Source: Guillardia theta CCMP2712 (Eukaryota > Protista > Cryptophyta). From it: DNA of 64,000 nucleotides. Below are positions 34,225 through 47,083 of the stretch, piece by piece (position 1 is the stretch's first letter; the number at the start of each line of letters is the position of its first letter). Where the stretch lies: the NCBI RefSeq assembly GCF_000315625.1, contig NW_005434638.1, positions 46,107 through 110,106 on the forward strand, given 5' to 3'. Made by a program: the position numbers and the translations under genes. The notes beneath the pieces were generated by a model. That model saw only the letters and a program-made list of their open reading frames with translations, made no database searches and was not told where the DNA came from.

Positions 34225-37216
34225 ATGGCAGATATGACGGTATGCGCGCGATGCGGGGCGAGGGTGACGACGACGAACATGGAGCTACACATGTTGCGAT
34301 GTCCAGGTGAACTGTCTATGCCGCCTCCCTCTTCCTTCTCCGCTTACTCTCCCTCTCCCTCTCCCTTGTCTTCTTCGCCTCTCTTCCTCTTTCCTTTCCT
34401 CTTCTTCGTTCTCCCTCCATCCCCCTCTCTGTGTCCTGAACGTCCTGTCCTCCCCTCCCCTCCAGCGTCCTTGCTCCTACTCTCATACCCCTGTCCCCTC
34501 GCTTGCTCCTTGCCGGTTCTCTCCGACGTTCCGCTTCCTCAAGTTTGTGGATGTTTGACTGAGTTTGTGGACAGGGCCACGTAGGGGAGCTGGGTGCCAG
34601 ACAGGGTTGTCTGCACATGCTACAAACAGTAGAGGAGACGCAGAAATGTACAACGAGGAGGAGTGCCTGCGGCAGGCGCTGGACCTCTCCATGCACGATG
34701 CACATCAGCCATCGGCATCGGAGTACCAGTTCCAGTATGAGTTTGACCATGGCGATTGGAGGGCTTTTGATTCGCCGCAGAACGCGATCCTAGAGGTTTG
34801 AAGGCTTGGAGAGGACATGTCGCACTGATTCAAACTCTCGCTCTCTCCTCTTCCTCCCTCAGAGGGCCTCTCCTTCTCCACCGTCCAACCTCAATAACCA
34901 TCCATTGCTCCATGTTTTCCTCCCCTTCCCTCCTCCCCCCTGACAGACCACCTACGTCCTACCGCACAGTCTTTCCCTCTTCCTCTTCATCCTTCTTCAT
35001 CTTCCAGCTGTTTCTTGTCCCTGACGTGCCACCACAGGAGGCGATGAGCAGCGGACTTCCCGGAGCACACATTCAAATCGGTACAAACAACACTCCGGTC
35101 CGATCTCAAACCTCTCTGACTCTGTTCCTCTCCTCCCCAAGGTCACAACATATACGAGATCATCTTCCAAGACGGCATCCAGCGGAACATGCAGAGCGGG
35201 ACAGTCCGTCGGGTGAGATGGTGAGACTGGTCAGGACTCCCTTTTCTGTCTCCTCCTCATACGACTGCAGGCGTCCGCTGGGATCAGCACGGTGGCTTCC
35301 GGTCGCCGAGGGGGAGGGGGAGGAGACGCGTCACCAAGCGCAATGTCATGCATGCACAGTGAGCTGCGTCCTCCTCCCCCCTCGCCCTCCGCTGACGATG
35401 ATCCTTGAGTTCTTAAACCCAGCGAGCGCCCGAGCATGCGGCATGTGCGGGACAGTCATCTGCAACGAGACGTGAGCGAGCTTGCATGTCATGGCTGGAC
35501 CTGAGGAGGCTGACGCTGTGCTGTAGTCATGGCGAGCTGTCGGAGGAGGCAGGCATGTACGTCTCCGGCTCTCCTGATGCGAGCTTCATGCTGGGCGGAG
35601 CTGCTCTAGGAGCAGCGGTGGGGGGATTGATCTCGTACGCTAGGAGGCAGGATGTCACGACAGGTGGGCATGCTTGTCTGCTGCTGTCAGCCTTGCTGTT
35701 CGTCTTCCTCCCTCCCCCTTCGTCCTGCCGTCTCTCCTCCTCCTAGTTCTACTCTCGCCAGTTCCAGTGTGTCCTTGTACGAACTGATCTTTGACTCCTC
35801 TACCCTCCTCTCTACTGCAGCCTGCTGCTTATACATCATCTTTTATTCCTGCTCTTGCTGCTCTTGCTGCTCTTGCTCAGCCTCAGCCTCTGGGCGCTTC
35901 CTCTCCCTCGATGCCTCCTGCTCAGCCTTTCTCCTCCTCCTCCTTCTCCTCATCATCATAATCATCATCATCATCTATCATGAACATATCATCATCATTG
36001 TCATTGTTTCTTTTCCTCAACTCGTTGTGATTGCCCCAGGTCTACTCCAAGGAGCCTCAGCTGGCATCATCGGAGGTTCCCTAGCGCAGGTCAACTCGAC
36101 GTCTTCCCTCCTCCTCCTCCTCCTCCTCCTCCTCCTCCTCCCCTTCCTTCTCGTGACGCGCCGATGTGCAGGCGGCTGCGATGACTTTCAGCAACGAGGC
36201 AGCGCGGCAAGGGTGAGACGCTTCCTAAGATCGAGGAGCAGCAGCTCATGGCAGCAGCAGACTCGTCTCCTCCGCCTCCTCCTCCTCCTCGCACAGGGTA
36301 CAGACGAGCGCGATCCCGACGCACAGGTACGAGTGGGAGGGGAGAGGAGGTAGGGAGGGAAGGAGAGCGAGAGGAAGGGGGGGCGGGGGGGCGGGGGAGA
36401 GGGAGGGAGGGAGGAGGTGGGACGAGCGGATGGGATGGGATGGATGAGAATTGGGCAGGTTGGCTGGAAATGAGCATGAGAAGATGGGAGAGTGTGTGAT
36501 CTGCCTGCAAAACTTTTCTAGAGGTGCAAAGTTGACATGAGCTCCTGCTGCTGCTGCATCCTCCTCCTCCTCCTCCTCCTCCTCCTCCTCCTCCTTTTGC
36601 TTCCCCTCTGGCTCATTCCCGTCTTCGTCCCTTCCCTCGTGCTCCTCCTTCTTCTAGTGACCTTCTTCTCCTCCTCCATCCTGCTTCTCGTTCTGCTCCT
36701 CCTGCTACTCACTGTCCAGCAGGGGATGTTGTCAAACGGCTACCATGTCTGCACTCGTTTCACGGTGAGGAGAGCAGGAGTGAAGGATCAACTCGATGCG
36801 ATGAGAGCGCTGCCATGTTCTGATACACCATCAACCTCGTATCGCAGCTTGTGTTGTTGTCGTTCTTGTCGATTTGTCTCCTTCCGCCATTGCAGGGTTC
36901 TATATGCTCCTGAAGCCGCGTTGCACGTTGACTTTGGGTCCCATGTTGACTTTGTACTTGAAGTTCTTCTTGTGCCCGACGTTGACTTTGTATTTCATGT
37001 TGACTCTGTATGTGGCGTTGGTTTTGTGTTTGTGTTGGACTTTGACTTTGGGTGCCACGTTGACTTTGGGTGCCACGTTGACTTTGGGTGCCACGTTGAC
37101 TTTGGGTGCCACATTGACTTTGGGTGTCAGAGTCGTGCATCGACATCTGGCTCAAGAAGGGGTCGCACGTCTGCCCCATCTGCAAGACCGACATCTCCAA
37201 CTTCTTCTCCGGCTGA
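34225..37216 (+). CDS. Multi-exon RING-H2 E3 ligase with N-terminal C2HC finger, UIM, WWE, RanBP2/NZF finger and Gly-zipper segment
   Basis: CARC...ELHMLRC; EEECLRQALDLSM; FQYEFDHGDWRAFD...YEIIFQDGIQRNMQSGTVRR; CHACT|FLNPASARACGMC; CVICLQNF|RLPCLHSFH|SCIDIWLKKGSHVCPICK...*. Confidence 0.8.
36925..37127. repeat. 18-nt minisatellite (GTTGACTTTGGGTGCCAC), about 11 increasingly degenerate copies, intronic
   Basis: Directly visible inside the last intron of the RING gene. Confidence 0.9.
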
Positions 37217-37419
37217 GAGAGAGCAGCGAGAGACTTCCGCTGTTTCCCCTCCTCCTCCTCCTCCTCCTCCTCCTCCTCCTCCTCCTCCTCCTCTTCCTCT
37301 CTCCCTCCTTCCTCCAACCCCCCCCCCTCCCTCGTTCTCCCTCCTCCTCTTTACTCCCTCCTTCTCCTCTTCCTGTCCAGCGTCATCGTCCTCGTCCTCG
37401 TCCTCCTCGTCTTCATCCG

Positions 37420-37669
37420 CCTCAACAGATGGTTCACTATTTACATCTAGATACTGCGATATTCTCTTCGTTCCTGTTCTCAACGCCTGTTCCCTCCTCC
37501 GACAAGCTTCTCTCCTCCTCCTGCACTTCCCGCGTCACCGCTACCAAGCTCTCGCTGCCGCTGGATGCTTCTCTCCTTCAGCCGCTGCATCAACTCGTAG
37601 CATTGGTTCGCTTTCGCCGTGAGGTCCTGCCCAGCGACAGAGATGAGGGATGGGGTGGGGGGAAGGGGA

Positions 37670-37718
<49 letters not shown>

Positions 37719-39870
37719 AGAAGAGGAGCAGGAGGCGGCGGTCTGTCGATGATACGCTATCAAGGGAAGACGGAGGAGGGTGAGCATGAACATGGGCGAG
37801 GGGGAGGCAGAGGGAGAGGGAAGGAGAGCAGGAGTGCAGGACCTTCTCCTTCGCTTCTTCCCAGCTGTTCACCAGCTGCTGCTGCGAAGGAGGGGGAGGA
37901 TGGTTCCTCTTGCTGAGCACTTTCTCGAGCCCCCCCAGCTGAGGGCGAGTAAAAAAACGATTTCTCAGCTTGTAGTCACCTCGGTCATGGTCGATGTGAA
38001 CTTGCCCAGCTGGACTTCGGAGACGGTGTCATGTCCGTCGAAGTGGGCGTGAAGGTGCCTGGAAGCAGGTTAGAGAGGAGGGGGGGAGGAAGGAGAAAGA
38101 GGAGAGGAGAGGAGAGGAGTGGAGGAGAGAAGAGGAGGAGAGAAGAGGAGGAGAGAAGAGGGGAGGTGGACGGGAGGACTGACTCTGACGCAAGTTCAGT
38201 GAACGCCTGGACAGAAATGTCGAGACCATGTTGGCTGAGAGCGCTAAGAGGAAGGGGAGGGTGAGATCGTAGAAGAGGAAACAAACGTCTCACCTGGTGA
38301 TGTGGGAGATGGTCGGGGAGGAGATGAGAGAAAGAAAGCTTTTTGCTTGAGATCGCAATGATCTGATTTGATTGTGACGGTGGCGCAAAATTTTCTCTTG
38401 TCATGACAACTTTTCCTTACATGTCATCGCAAGGGTACCCAAACTTCAACGTCGCTACAAACGCCTCAGCCTGTTGGGCAGAGGAATGTAAGTGGTGAGG
38501 AGAAGGGGATCGAGGAGGTGGGACAGGAGAAAGGAGATGTAATTCACCTTCCTCCCTTCATCCATCTCATTGTATATTGACCTAGATCATCGTCATCATC
38601 GCCATCGTCAGCATCATGATCATCAACTTCATCATCATCATCATCACCAACAACAACAATCGTCGTCGTCATCGTCATCATCATCATCATCGTCATCATC
38701 GTCGTCTTCGTCGTCGTCGTCGTCGTCGTCATCATCATCATCATCATCATCATCAATAACAACAACATCAACATCAACATCATCACATCATCGTCTGCAT
38801 GCTGCTCGTATCACTCACTTCTCTCCAAACTTGTCCAACATTCGATGCTCGAGCGGCGTCACCTGGCGATACGCTTTCTCCTGCTCCCTCCTCACTGTCG
38901 CCTTCCTGCATCGCGAGGAGAGTCACGGGGGAATCGGAAGATGAGACGGGGATGTGCAAGGGAGACATGGGCGACAGGGGAGGGAAAGGAAGGGAAGGGA
39001 AGGGAAGAGAAAGGAAGAGGAGGGAAGGGAAGGGAAGGGAAGGGAAGGGAAGGGAAGGGAAGGGAAGGGAAGGGGAGGGAAGGGGAGGGAAGGGGAGGGG
39101 AAGGATGTGGAGGGGTGGAGCGTCAGTGAGATGGAGGAGGAGGCAGCAGGGAGTTCAGGCCATTGAAGACAATCTGTCCTGACTTCTGTCCTGACTTCTA
39201 TCCTGACTTCTGTCCTGACTTACCTGCGCGACTTGCTCGTGTTTCTCCAGCTTTTCTGTATCTTCCTCAATGACAGCAGCTCGAACTTTTAGCCGCATCG
39301 TCAGGTGCATCAGCCGATCGACCTCCTCCCTCCTCCCTCACATCATTGTAGATTGCATTCTCGTACTCAGGCTGATGGAACTTTGACTTTGCAACCTGCA
39401 AGTCAAGCATGTCATTCCACAGCCGGATGTAAGCATCCTGCTCTTGCTGCTGCTGCTGCTGCTGCTCCTCCTCCTCCTCCTCCTCCTCCTCCCCCTCCTC
39501 CTCTCGTTATCATCATCATCATTTTCATCACTATCATCATCATCGTCATTAGCCAGCAGCAGCAGCGGCATACCTTGTTCTCGACAGTCCACCCTGAAGT
39601 CTCCAGCTCTTGTATCTATATCATCTATCACTTGCAGGCATGTCAATGCCGTCAGTTCACCGAAAAATGTCCGAACTGCCCGTTTACAAACTTCTTATTC
39701 CTCTTGCCGGGTTGTTGCTTTGAAACGATGGCAATGACATCTGCAGGCACAACTCAACTCTAATGTCGCTATCAGCTTGACATCTAACGAACAGACATAC
39801 CATCGTTCGGATCGTCTCTCTTCACCATCAACCTTCCAATGACTACTCGTCAACGATTTTGATTCCTCTC
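37420..39870 (-). CDS. Multi-exon hypothetical coiled-coil protein (boundaries uncertain)
   Basis: Exon-like pieces LKVRAAVIEEDTEKLEKHEQVAQ, LVNSWEEAKEKV and DLTAKANQCYELMQRLKE lie between purine-rich (plus-strand) intron tracts. Confidence 0.35.
38981..39102. repeat. (GGAAG)n pentanucleotide microsatellite
   Basis: Directly visible. Confidence 0.95.
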
Positions 39871-40065
39871 TCCCTCTCTCCTTCCCTCTCTCCGTCTTCT
39901 CTCCCTCTCTTCCTCGATCTTCTCTCCTTCTCTCTCTCCCTCCTTCCATCCCTCCTCTCTCCCTCTCTCTCTCTCTCTCACTCTTCCCCCCCCCGCCCCC
40001 TCCATTCACAATCTTCCTCGCACCGATAGCTCATCGGCTTGTTCGCAAACCCGCTAGCTTTCAAG

Positions 40066-40478
40066 ATGATCCGCCAGTTGCCGTCAAAAGGCATCGCAAC
40101 GAGCTCGGGTGGACTTTTGACAGTGACACCAAACTCAGCCTCCCCGGCCAGGTTCCTTGCAAACTTCTGTCAATCCTTCCTTCCTCCCTTTCATCCTCCT
40201 CGTCCTCGTCCTCGACCTCGGTCTCATTCTCCCCCTCCTCCTGTTCCTCCCCCCCCCCCTCCCCCTCAGACTCTGACCCTCCTGCCGAGCAGGCCAGGGA
40301 CCGGGAGGACCACAAGTACAAGATCCTGATCATGACGGACGAGATCCTAATGTCCTACGGTCGCTTCCACACTGAGACCGAAGGCATTGAAGGGTTCTCC
40401 AACTACAACGACCTCAAGGCCCGGGGCCCGCACGGCATCATGGGCGTCCCGGCCAGTGTCGGGAATCACGGACCTCCG
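40066..40478 (+). CDS. Hypothetical protein, 5' exons, truncated by the gap
   Basis: MIRQLPSKGIATSSGG... then exon ARDREDHKYKILIMTDEILMSYGRFHTETEG...NHGPP|gtgag, with coding-like codon use. Confidence 0.35.
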
Positions 40479-40565
40479 GTGAGTTCAGGATGGAAGCTTG
40501 AGAGGCGGAGGAGAAGGGCAGGAGGAGGAGGATGGAAGAAGACTGAAGAGGGGAATGATGAGGGG

Positions 40566-40665
40566 NNNNNNNNNNNNNNNNNNNNNNNNNNNNNNNNNNN
40601 NNNNNNNNNNNNNNNNNNNNNNNNNNNNNNNNNNNNNNNNNNNNNNNNNNNNNNNNNNNNNNNNN
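40566..40665. other. Assembly gap (100 N)
   Basis: N run. Confidence 1.
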
Positions 40666-40925
40666 CCCAAAATTCAGCCCCCCCGGCCCGGGTCCTTTGC
40701 AAATTTTTGCAAATCCTTCTTTCTCCCTTTAACCCCCTTGGTCCTGGCCCTGGCCCGGGTTTGGGTTTTGGGCCTGGTCTTTTTCCCCCCCCCCCCCCCC
40801 CCCCCCCTTCTTTCATTAGCACTTCCCTTCTGCTCCTGCTCCTCTGCCCTCCGTTCTCTCTGTCCGCGTGGTAGCCATCCCCTTGCCTTCCTTTCTTTTC
40901 CCCTCACCTCTCCTCTTCCCATACA

Positions 40926-41069
40926 TCCTGTCCTGTCCTGTCCTGTCCTGTCCTGTCCTGTCCTGTCCTGTCCTGTCCTGTCCTGTCCTGTCCTGTCCTG
41001 TCCTGTCCTGTCCTGTCCTGTCCTGTCCTGTCCTGTCCTGTCCTGTCCTGTCCTGTCCTGTCCTGTCCT
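40926..41069. repeat. Perfect (TCCTG)n pentanucleotide array, about 28 copies
   Basis: Directly visible; reverse complement of the GGACA array at 24527. Confidence 0.97.
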
Positions 41070-41085
41070 CTCCGGCATCACTTAC

Positions 41086-42156
41086 CTGACGCGGGTAGAC
41101 TCCACCTCGACGTGGTGCCTTGTGAAGAGAGCATGGAGCGGGAGCTGGAGGGAGAAAGGAAAGATGCCCACTAGCTCAGACAGTCGAGAAAACGTTTCAA
41201 GGCTCTTCTCCCTTGCCTCGAACGAGCCCTGTGCAGCTAGTGAGAGCCTGTCGGACGGCAAGTTCCTGCTCCCATCTCACCATCTTCACGTTCACTTCAA
41301 GGTCTGTGGCGGCACCGTTCTCCTCGATCCATCGTAACCTGAGTTGTTCGCACTCCCTCGCCAACGACTCCCTCTCCTCCTGCTCCTCAGTATCCTTGGA
41401 CGACCCCCTCTCCTCTTCCTCCTCTTCCTCCTCTTCCTCCTCTTCCTCCTCATCCGACTCTCTGGTCAAGCTGACTGAACCGCAGGTCCCTTCAACCATT
41501 ACGGTGAACGAACTCCAGGTCGGCTCCACCTGAAACTCCAAGACAGCCTCCCGTCCACACGGGACTGAACAAGAACGTCACACACCTACCTCCCTCCTCT
41601 CGAACAGACCTGAGTCATCGATGGCATCAAACCCGAAGAAACTTGAACCCCTCCCAATCTATCAGAACACATGAGTTTATCGTATGACCAGAGCGGCAAA
41701 GGCAGGGGGGAGATATGTTCGGAAATCCAAGCTTCAAGGCGGAGTTTCACCTTGAATAGCTTCACAACTGGACTCTCAGGAGTTTTCTCAGGTTTCGATG
41801 TTGATGTTGTTGCATCTTCGCTCTTCAAAGGGGCAATTGTCTTGACCAACCCTCCCTTTCCTGATCAGCGGACAATCAAACCCGGCACATCCATTTTGAA
41901 TGGTTCAAGTTCGTGTACGGCATGGAAGTCACGAGTTGACTAACAGGATCCGACGATGACTGGGTGTTTCAGATCCACCGCAAGGCAGTTTCTACTTGTC
42001 TTACACTGCACCTGAACCATCGATCGGACTAACCGGAAAGTACTGATAAGTAGTACTAACAAGCGCTAGACTAACATCTGCTTCAAGAATGATCGCCATG
42101 TCCCTCATCTCACCGCAGAGATTCTCAGCCTCCCGCCATCGCAGCTCCTTCGCCAT
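41086..42156 (-). CDS. Multi-exon hypothetical protein
   Basis: ORF pieces MAKELRWREAENL..., VKLFKVKLRLEAWISE and EFQVEPTWSSFTVMVEG...; GTAAGT donor near 41085. No family recognised. Confidence 0.35.
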
Positions 42157-42569
42157 CGGGCCTGTCGGAGAGCCTGATGATGACAGTTGTTTGACCGTCG
42201 GACAAGCAGTTTGACAAGCCGTTTGAAAGGTCACGAGGAGGGATGAGGGCAAATACCCTCTTTTACCCCCTCTGACCGAGTAGATACGAGGCCGCGAACT
42301 GAGGATCGCCAGTCCTTGCCCCTTTCTCCTCTCCCTCCTCCTCTCCATCCTCACTCCCTCCTCACCTCCCTCCTCACTCCCTCTTTGCCTCCTCCTCCTC
42401 CTCTCCCTCCTCCTCTCCCTCCTCCTCTCCCTCCTCCTCTCCCTCCTCATCCTTCTCCTCTCCCTCTTCTGAATCTCCAATCTCCTACCCCTTCTTCCCT
42501 TCGTACCTGTATCCTCTCTCCTACAACATTCCAAGTTTTGCGAAATAGTGCACGACCACGATCTTGACG

Positions 42570-43508
42570 ATGAAGTCAACAATCACAACAGCTGCTCTGT
42601 TCGCCATGATGTGCACTTCAGGCGCAATGGTTCCAAACTCCATTCCGGCATTGCAGACCTGGATTTCTTCCAACGGAGGTTCCATCCATCCCTCTGTGTG
42701 TGCCAAGCAAGCTGGAGACATGCAAGGAGTCGGCCTCTTTGTCAAGGAAGGGAAGAGTGTGAGGAGAGGAGAAGTAATGGTGTCGATTCCGCCCAAGCTT
42801 CACCTGAGCTACGAGAAAGTCGTCGGAAAGGATCTCAACACTCTGATAGACAAAGAAGTTCCTGCTGAGAAATGGGATGTCAAGCTTGCACTGGTGAGAA
42901 TCTTCACATCTCTTGTCTTCTGCTTTCTTGTTCTTTCCTCTTTTTACTTCCTCGCATCTCAACAGCATTGTTGATCTCGTTCTCAGGCACTCCTAAGCGT
43001 AGCATCGTCTGCGAGCGCAGCAGAGGGCCAGCAGTGGGGACCTTACCTTGAAAGCTTGCCGCAGACCTTGAACAACCTGCCTATCTTCTACAAGGGAGCG
43101 GCTCTGAAGGAAAAGGAGGAAACCTACCCCGGAATCTCATCTGAAGTCGTTGGACGTGCGGCGCTGCTGAAAACCGTATCGAGCTCTCTCGCCAACGCTC
43201 ACGCGTGCTTGGAAGGTCTCAGTGTGCGGAGGTTGGCATGGGCATACGGCATAGCAACTTCCCGGTCTGTGAGGCTGGACAAAAAGCGAGATGGCCTGCT
43301 CCTTCCCTTCGTGGACTTTGCCAACCACGATTTCGAGCCAAATGCGCAGATAAGGAGGAGCGGAAGTTCGTCTCCAAGTGCTGAGTTGGTCGCCCAGCGA
43401 GATTTGTCGGCTTCTGAGCAGATAACGATCTGCTACGGCAACTTGGGTAATCAAGAGCTTCTCCTCAACTATGGCTTCGAGATCACAGGGAACAAGTTCG
43501 ACAAGTGA
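42570..43508 (+). CDS. SET-domain lysine methyltransferase, Rubisco-LSMT/SETD3-like, with signal peptide (intron about 42894-42987)
   Basis: GVGLFV, WGPYLESLP, WAYGIATSRS, LLPFVDFANHD and ITICYGNLGNQELLLNYGF. Confidence 0.9.
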
Positions 43509-43845
43509 AGATGCACTGCCAGCTAAACGATACTGTCACTTACTAGGGCCTGATCAGTAAAATCGGACGGTACTACGTCAGTAGAGTATAGCACAGACCG
43601 CAGCAGTGACCGTTCCGAAGTGGGGACGCTGAGGCAGTCTAGTCATGGTCATAATGGCGCTTGGTCTCACGATGCCACGCCGGTCGGATCGCCAGGGCCC
43701 GGGCCCGGCGGGTTCCGCATAGTCCGACCGTCGGCGAGCGCGGCCCGGCCGCACTGAGCCGCCGTTCCACTGCCGGCCACTGTCACTGAGTCAGAGATCC
43801 CAATAAAATGAGTAAAAACGGAAATACGCCTAAGGGACAGAGGCC

Positions 43846-44820
43846 ATGCTCACCAAGATCCCAGCGTTCTGCGCCATGGCGCTCAGCACCGTCTGCGCCT
43901 TCTCGCCCGTTCCTCCCTCGTCCTTGTCTTCCATCCGCCAGCTCTCTTCCATCTCTCGTCAGACGTGTGTTCACAAGCATTGTGGATGGGGGCGTGAACG
44001 CTGACAGAGGTAACTTCCAGATGCGCGGTGGCCGCATCGAGGATGCAGTCTCCTTCCGCAGGGAACGGCGATGTCCTGGATCGCAGAGCTATGCTCAGGA
44101 ACGGAGTTTCCACCGTGTTTGCTGCTGGCTTTGCATCCGATGCCTTTGCTGCTGGCAAGGGAGACTGGGCAAAGCACAGTGGACCGTAAGGACATGAATG
44201 TTTGCGCATTGCTCCTTTCCCTCTCCTAACTCAGATGCTGGCTCAGATTCTCCGACAGCGAGTTCGAGGGATTTTCTCAGACTCCCTCTGGTCTCAAGTA
44301 CAAGGACATCGAGGTCGGACAGGGTCCTCAGCCCAACGCTGGTCAGAAGATCAAGGCGCACTGTACGCGATTGCAGGGCATCGGGTCGTAGTCTGACGTC
44401 ATCCTGTCTCATCGCAGACTCGGGATATCTGCTTTCAAACGGAAATAAGTTTGACTCCAGCTATGACCGCGGTCAGCCCCTGCCGTTCAATGTTGGTGTC
44501 GGCCAGGTGATCAAGGGATGGGACGAGGGACTCTTGTCCATGAAGGTTGGCGGCAAGAGGATCCTTTTGATCCCCTCCGAGCTTGCTTACGGGAAGCGCA
44601 ACGTTGCCAACGGCTTGATTCCTCCCAACTCGGTAACTTGATCGAGATGTCTCGCTCTCATAATCACTTCGCTCTCATCATCATCACTGGACGATCACTT
44701 CTCTTATCGACGTGCTTGCCTCCTTTTTTCTCTTCAACACGTGGATGTGGCTGGTCCATTGACTTGATTTTGTCGCAGGTGCTGGTCTTCTACGTCGAAT
44801 TGGTTTCTTTGGCGGCCTAA
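43846..44820 (+). CDS. FKBP: FKBP-type peptidyl-prolyl isomerase, thylakoid lumen (tripartite presequence)
   Basis: Signal peptide VCA-FS, transit peptide, twin-arginine DRRAML...AFA-A. Core motifs TPSGLKYKDIEVGQG, KFDSSYDRGQP, VIKGWDEG, IPSELAYG and IPPNS|VLVFYVEL. Confidence 0.93.
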
Positions 44821-44899
44821 GTGCAGAGCTCCTTCAAGAAGCTGCGGAACGTGTATCGTAAACCCCCTTGTACGCATTCTTCAATGCGAGATGAATCAA

Positions 44900-45529
44900 A
44901 AGATTGAGTGAAGAACATGACCTCTACCATGTCTGCATGATGAGAACATCTTTGCACGATCAGAGAATCTGTTTTGTGCTACAGGGTATACTGCCCAGGC
45001 CGAAAACACGTCTTTGCTCGATCGAGCATGGACAGTCGGCGAAGCAGTGGTACTTCTTGACTCATGTAGTACACACATATGCTCTCCACCCCTCTAAGTC
45101 TCAAATAGCGATCACCCAATTCATGACATGTAGCTTTATCTGATGAAGAAGAATAAATCAACGCTATCAACGATCTCAGGTGCTGGTCTTCAGCAATTCA
45201 TGGCCGGTATCAACGATTCTTCGGTGGAAAATCCTATCCTATAATGGCAGTTTCCCCTTTGCCTAATTCACTTTCTTTTTGTGACCTCTTTCAGATCTGA
45301 TCATGGCCTCTACATATGGTCAAACTTAGCAAGGCCATTACACCGGACTGTCAAACCGCTTCCTGTTTGCCTTATACAGGTCCAGTTGCTGCAGCATTCT
45401 AACACGTTTCAAGGAGGCATGGAACCGCGATGTCCTTTCTTCTGCAGCACTTTCACCTCTCCTCCGCATGTACCATATCACTGTCAACAGACATATAGCG
45501 GCTGCTCCGATCCATACTGACGCCTCCAT
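44900..45529 (-). CDS. Small protein with N-terminal TM anchor (3' extent uncertain)
   Basis: MEASVWIGAAAICLLTVIWYMRRRG: a hydrophobic helix followed by a basic cluster. Confidence 0.3.
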
Positions 45530-46269
45530 CCGCCATCTCAGTGCGCAAGTGTGTACCGGACCGCCGGTAGACCAGAGATTGAATAAAAGTCAGTCTCCTG
45601 GCACCCGGAGGAGGAATTGACTCCGAGCCGAGGGCGGCCCGGACGGGACATGACCCCACCACATCAACATACCAGGAAAGTGAGGTATTAGAAGGGGTGG
45701 GTGGCCCGTTGCCCGGCCATTCGGACTCTGGAGGAAAAATGGGGGTGTGAAGAGATACAAGGGGATCTCAACGAGGGCGTAGGACTTCATAGGCCCCGGT
45801 CCTATTGGAGGTAATAGTGAATACGGAAGCATGTGAAGATCGAGGGGTCCTGCGGGATGCGTTGACGGTAGTGGTTGGGGGTAGGGGTCCGATTGACCGT
45901 TACTGGAACTATTGCCAGGAGGGCTCGAGTTTTGACGGTCACGCCACTGACATTCGCGTTCATGTTTCGGGGGTGGGGTGGTCTGCCATATAAAGCTGGG
46001 TCAATGTGAGCCTATCGGGGGCCACTAAGGTGTGGCTTGAGGGGAGGTAGGGGTACTACTAGGCTAGTAGTAGGCAGCTGAAACTTGGGTACTTCGAAAG
46101 GCAAACTTCTTTTCACAGGTACTCGGAAATAGGGGGTAGGGTACCCAAGGTGAGTAAAGGTAGGGGTACGTTTCTGCGATCGGACTGTCAGGGTGGTAGG
46201 GGTAGTAAAAATTCGGTATAAAACTCTTTCTAGGGTCCCCAACAAACCAGAGGGTTCACTGCTACCCGA

Positions 46270-47083
46270 ATGGGGGCGCCTGCGTCCAAGATGGCGGGAG
46301 AGCTATCAGTATGCTGCGAGAAGCAGGAGGGGTTGGGGAGAATATCATCGTACGACCAGGTGAGGGAAGATGATGAGCGTTGCTGCCTGATGGAGCAAGA
46401 GACGATGGGATTTGAGAACAAGCATTGAAACGAGTCTTATAGCTCTCTAAAGCAGCAGAGCCTGTTTGTTGGAATTTGGCTGTAAACGTATTTTGCGCCC
46501 AGCCGTGTGCAGAATGTGACCGCCAGACGCAACTCTGTTGTTTTTCTGTGTCAAGCTTGAAACATGAATCGTTGTGCGCGTAGTGAGTCTGATAACAAAC
46601 TCACCATCATTTGTGGTGCAGGAAGAGAGCGAGTCGCCGCTGCATCGGATAGAAGAGGAAGATGATGGTTGTGCTATCGTCTTGACAAAGCGGAATCGAT
46701 CACAAGAACCAGAATTTTCCTGCAAATTGTTGTCCAGAGCGACGGGTCATAGAACAACCTCCACCTCCACCATCCCTTACCATCCGAAAACGATGCTTGA
46801 ACCAAATCTTGAAAAGGCAAAGAATACCCGGCCAGCATCAGCGTATTCAATCGATGTTGAAAATTTTGATAGAGGACAATCTCTATCCGTGATAAGTAAC
46901 ATCGACAGATCTCTTTACCCTGCAAGAATTGATCTGCATGGTCGAACAACTCCAAACAAAAATTGCTCCTTCTACTTCCAGAACTCAAGAGTCCCTTTAA
47001 CTAAGTGTAATACGCATACCCTTGGAAAGTATGCAGAAAAGGTCCAAGGCGTGAATGCTGATGTTTCAGGCCTGCTCATGTGA
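46270..47083 (+). CDS. Hypothetical protein, possibly N-acylated
   Basis: MGAPASKMAGELSVCC...DQ|gtgag first exon and downstream ORF 46574-47083. No family recognised. Confidence 0.3.

Noticed and set aside
36760-37317. ORF with GTQSQR repeats
   Set aside because: Translation of the intronic minisatellite, antisense to RING exons.
40674-41337. GQDRT and SCPVL repeat proteins
   Set aside because: Artefacts of the (TCCTG)n array.
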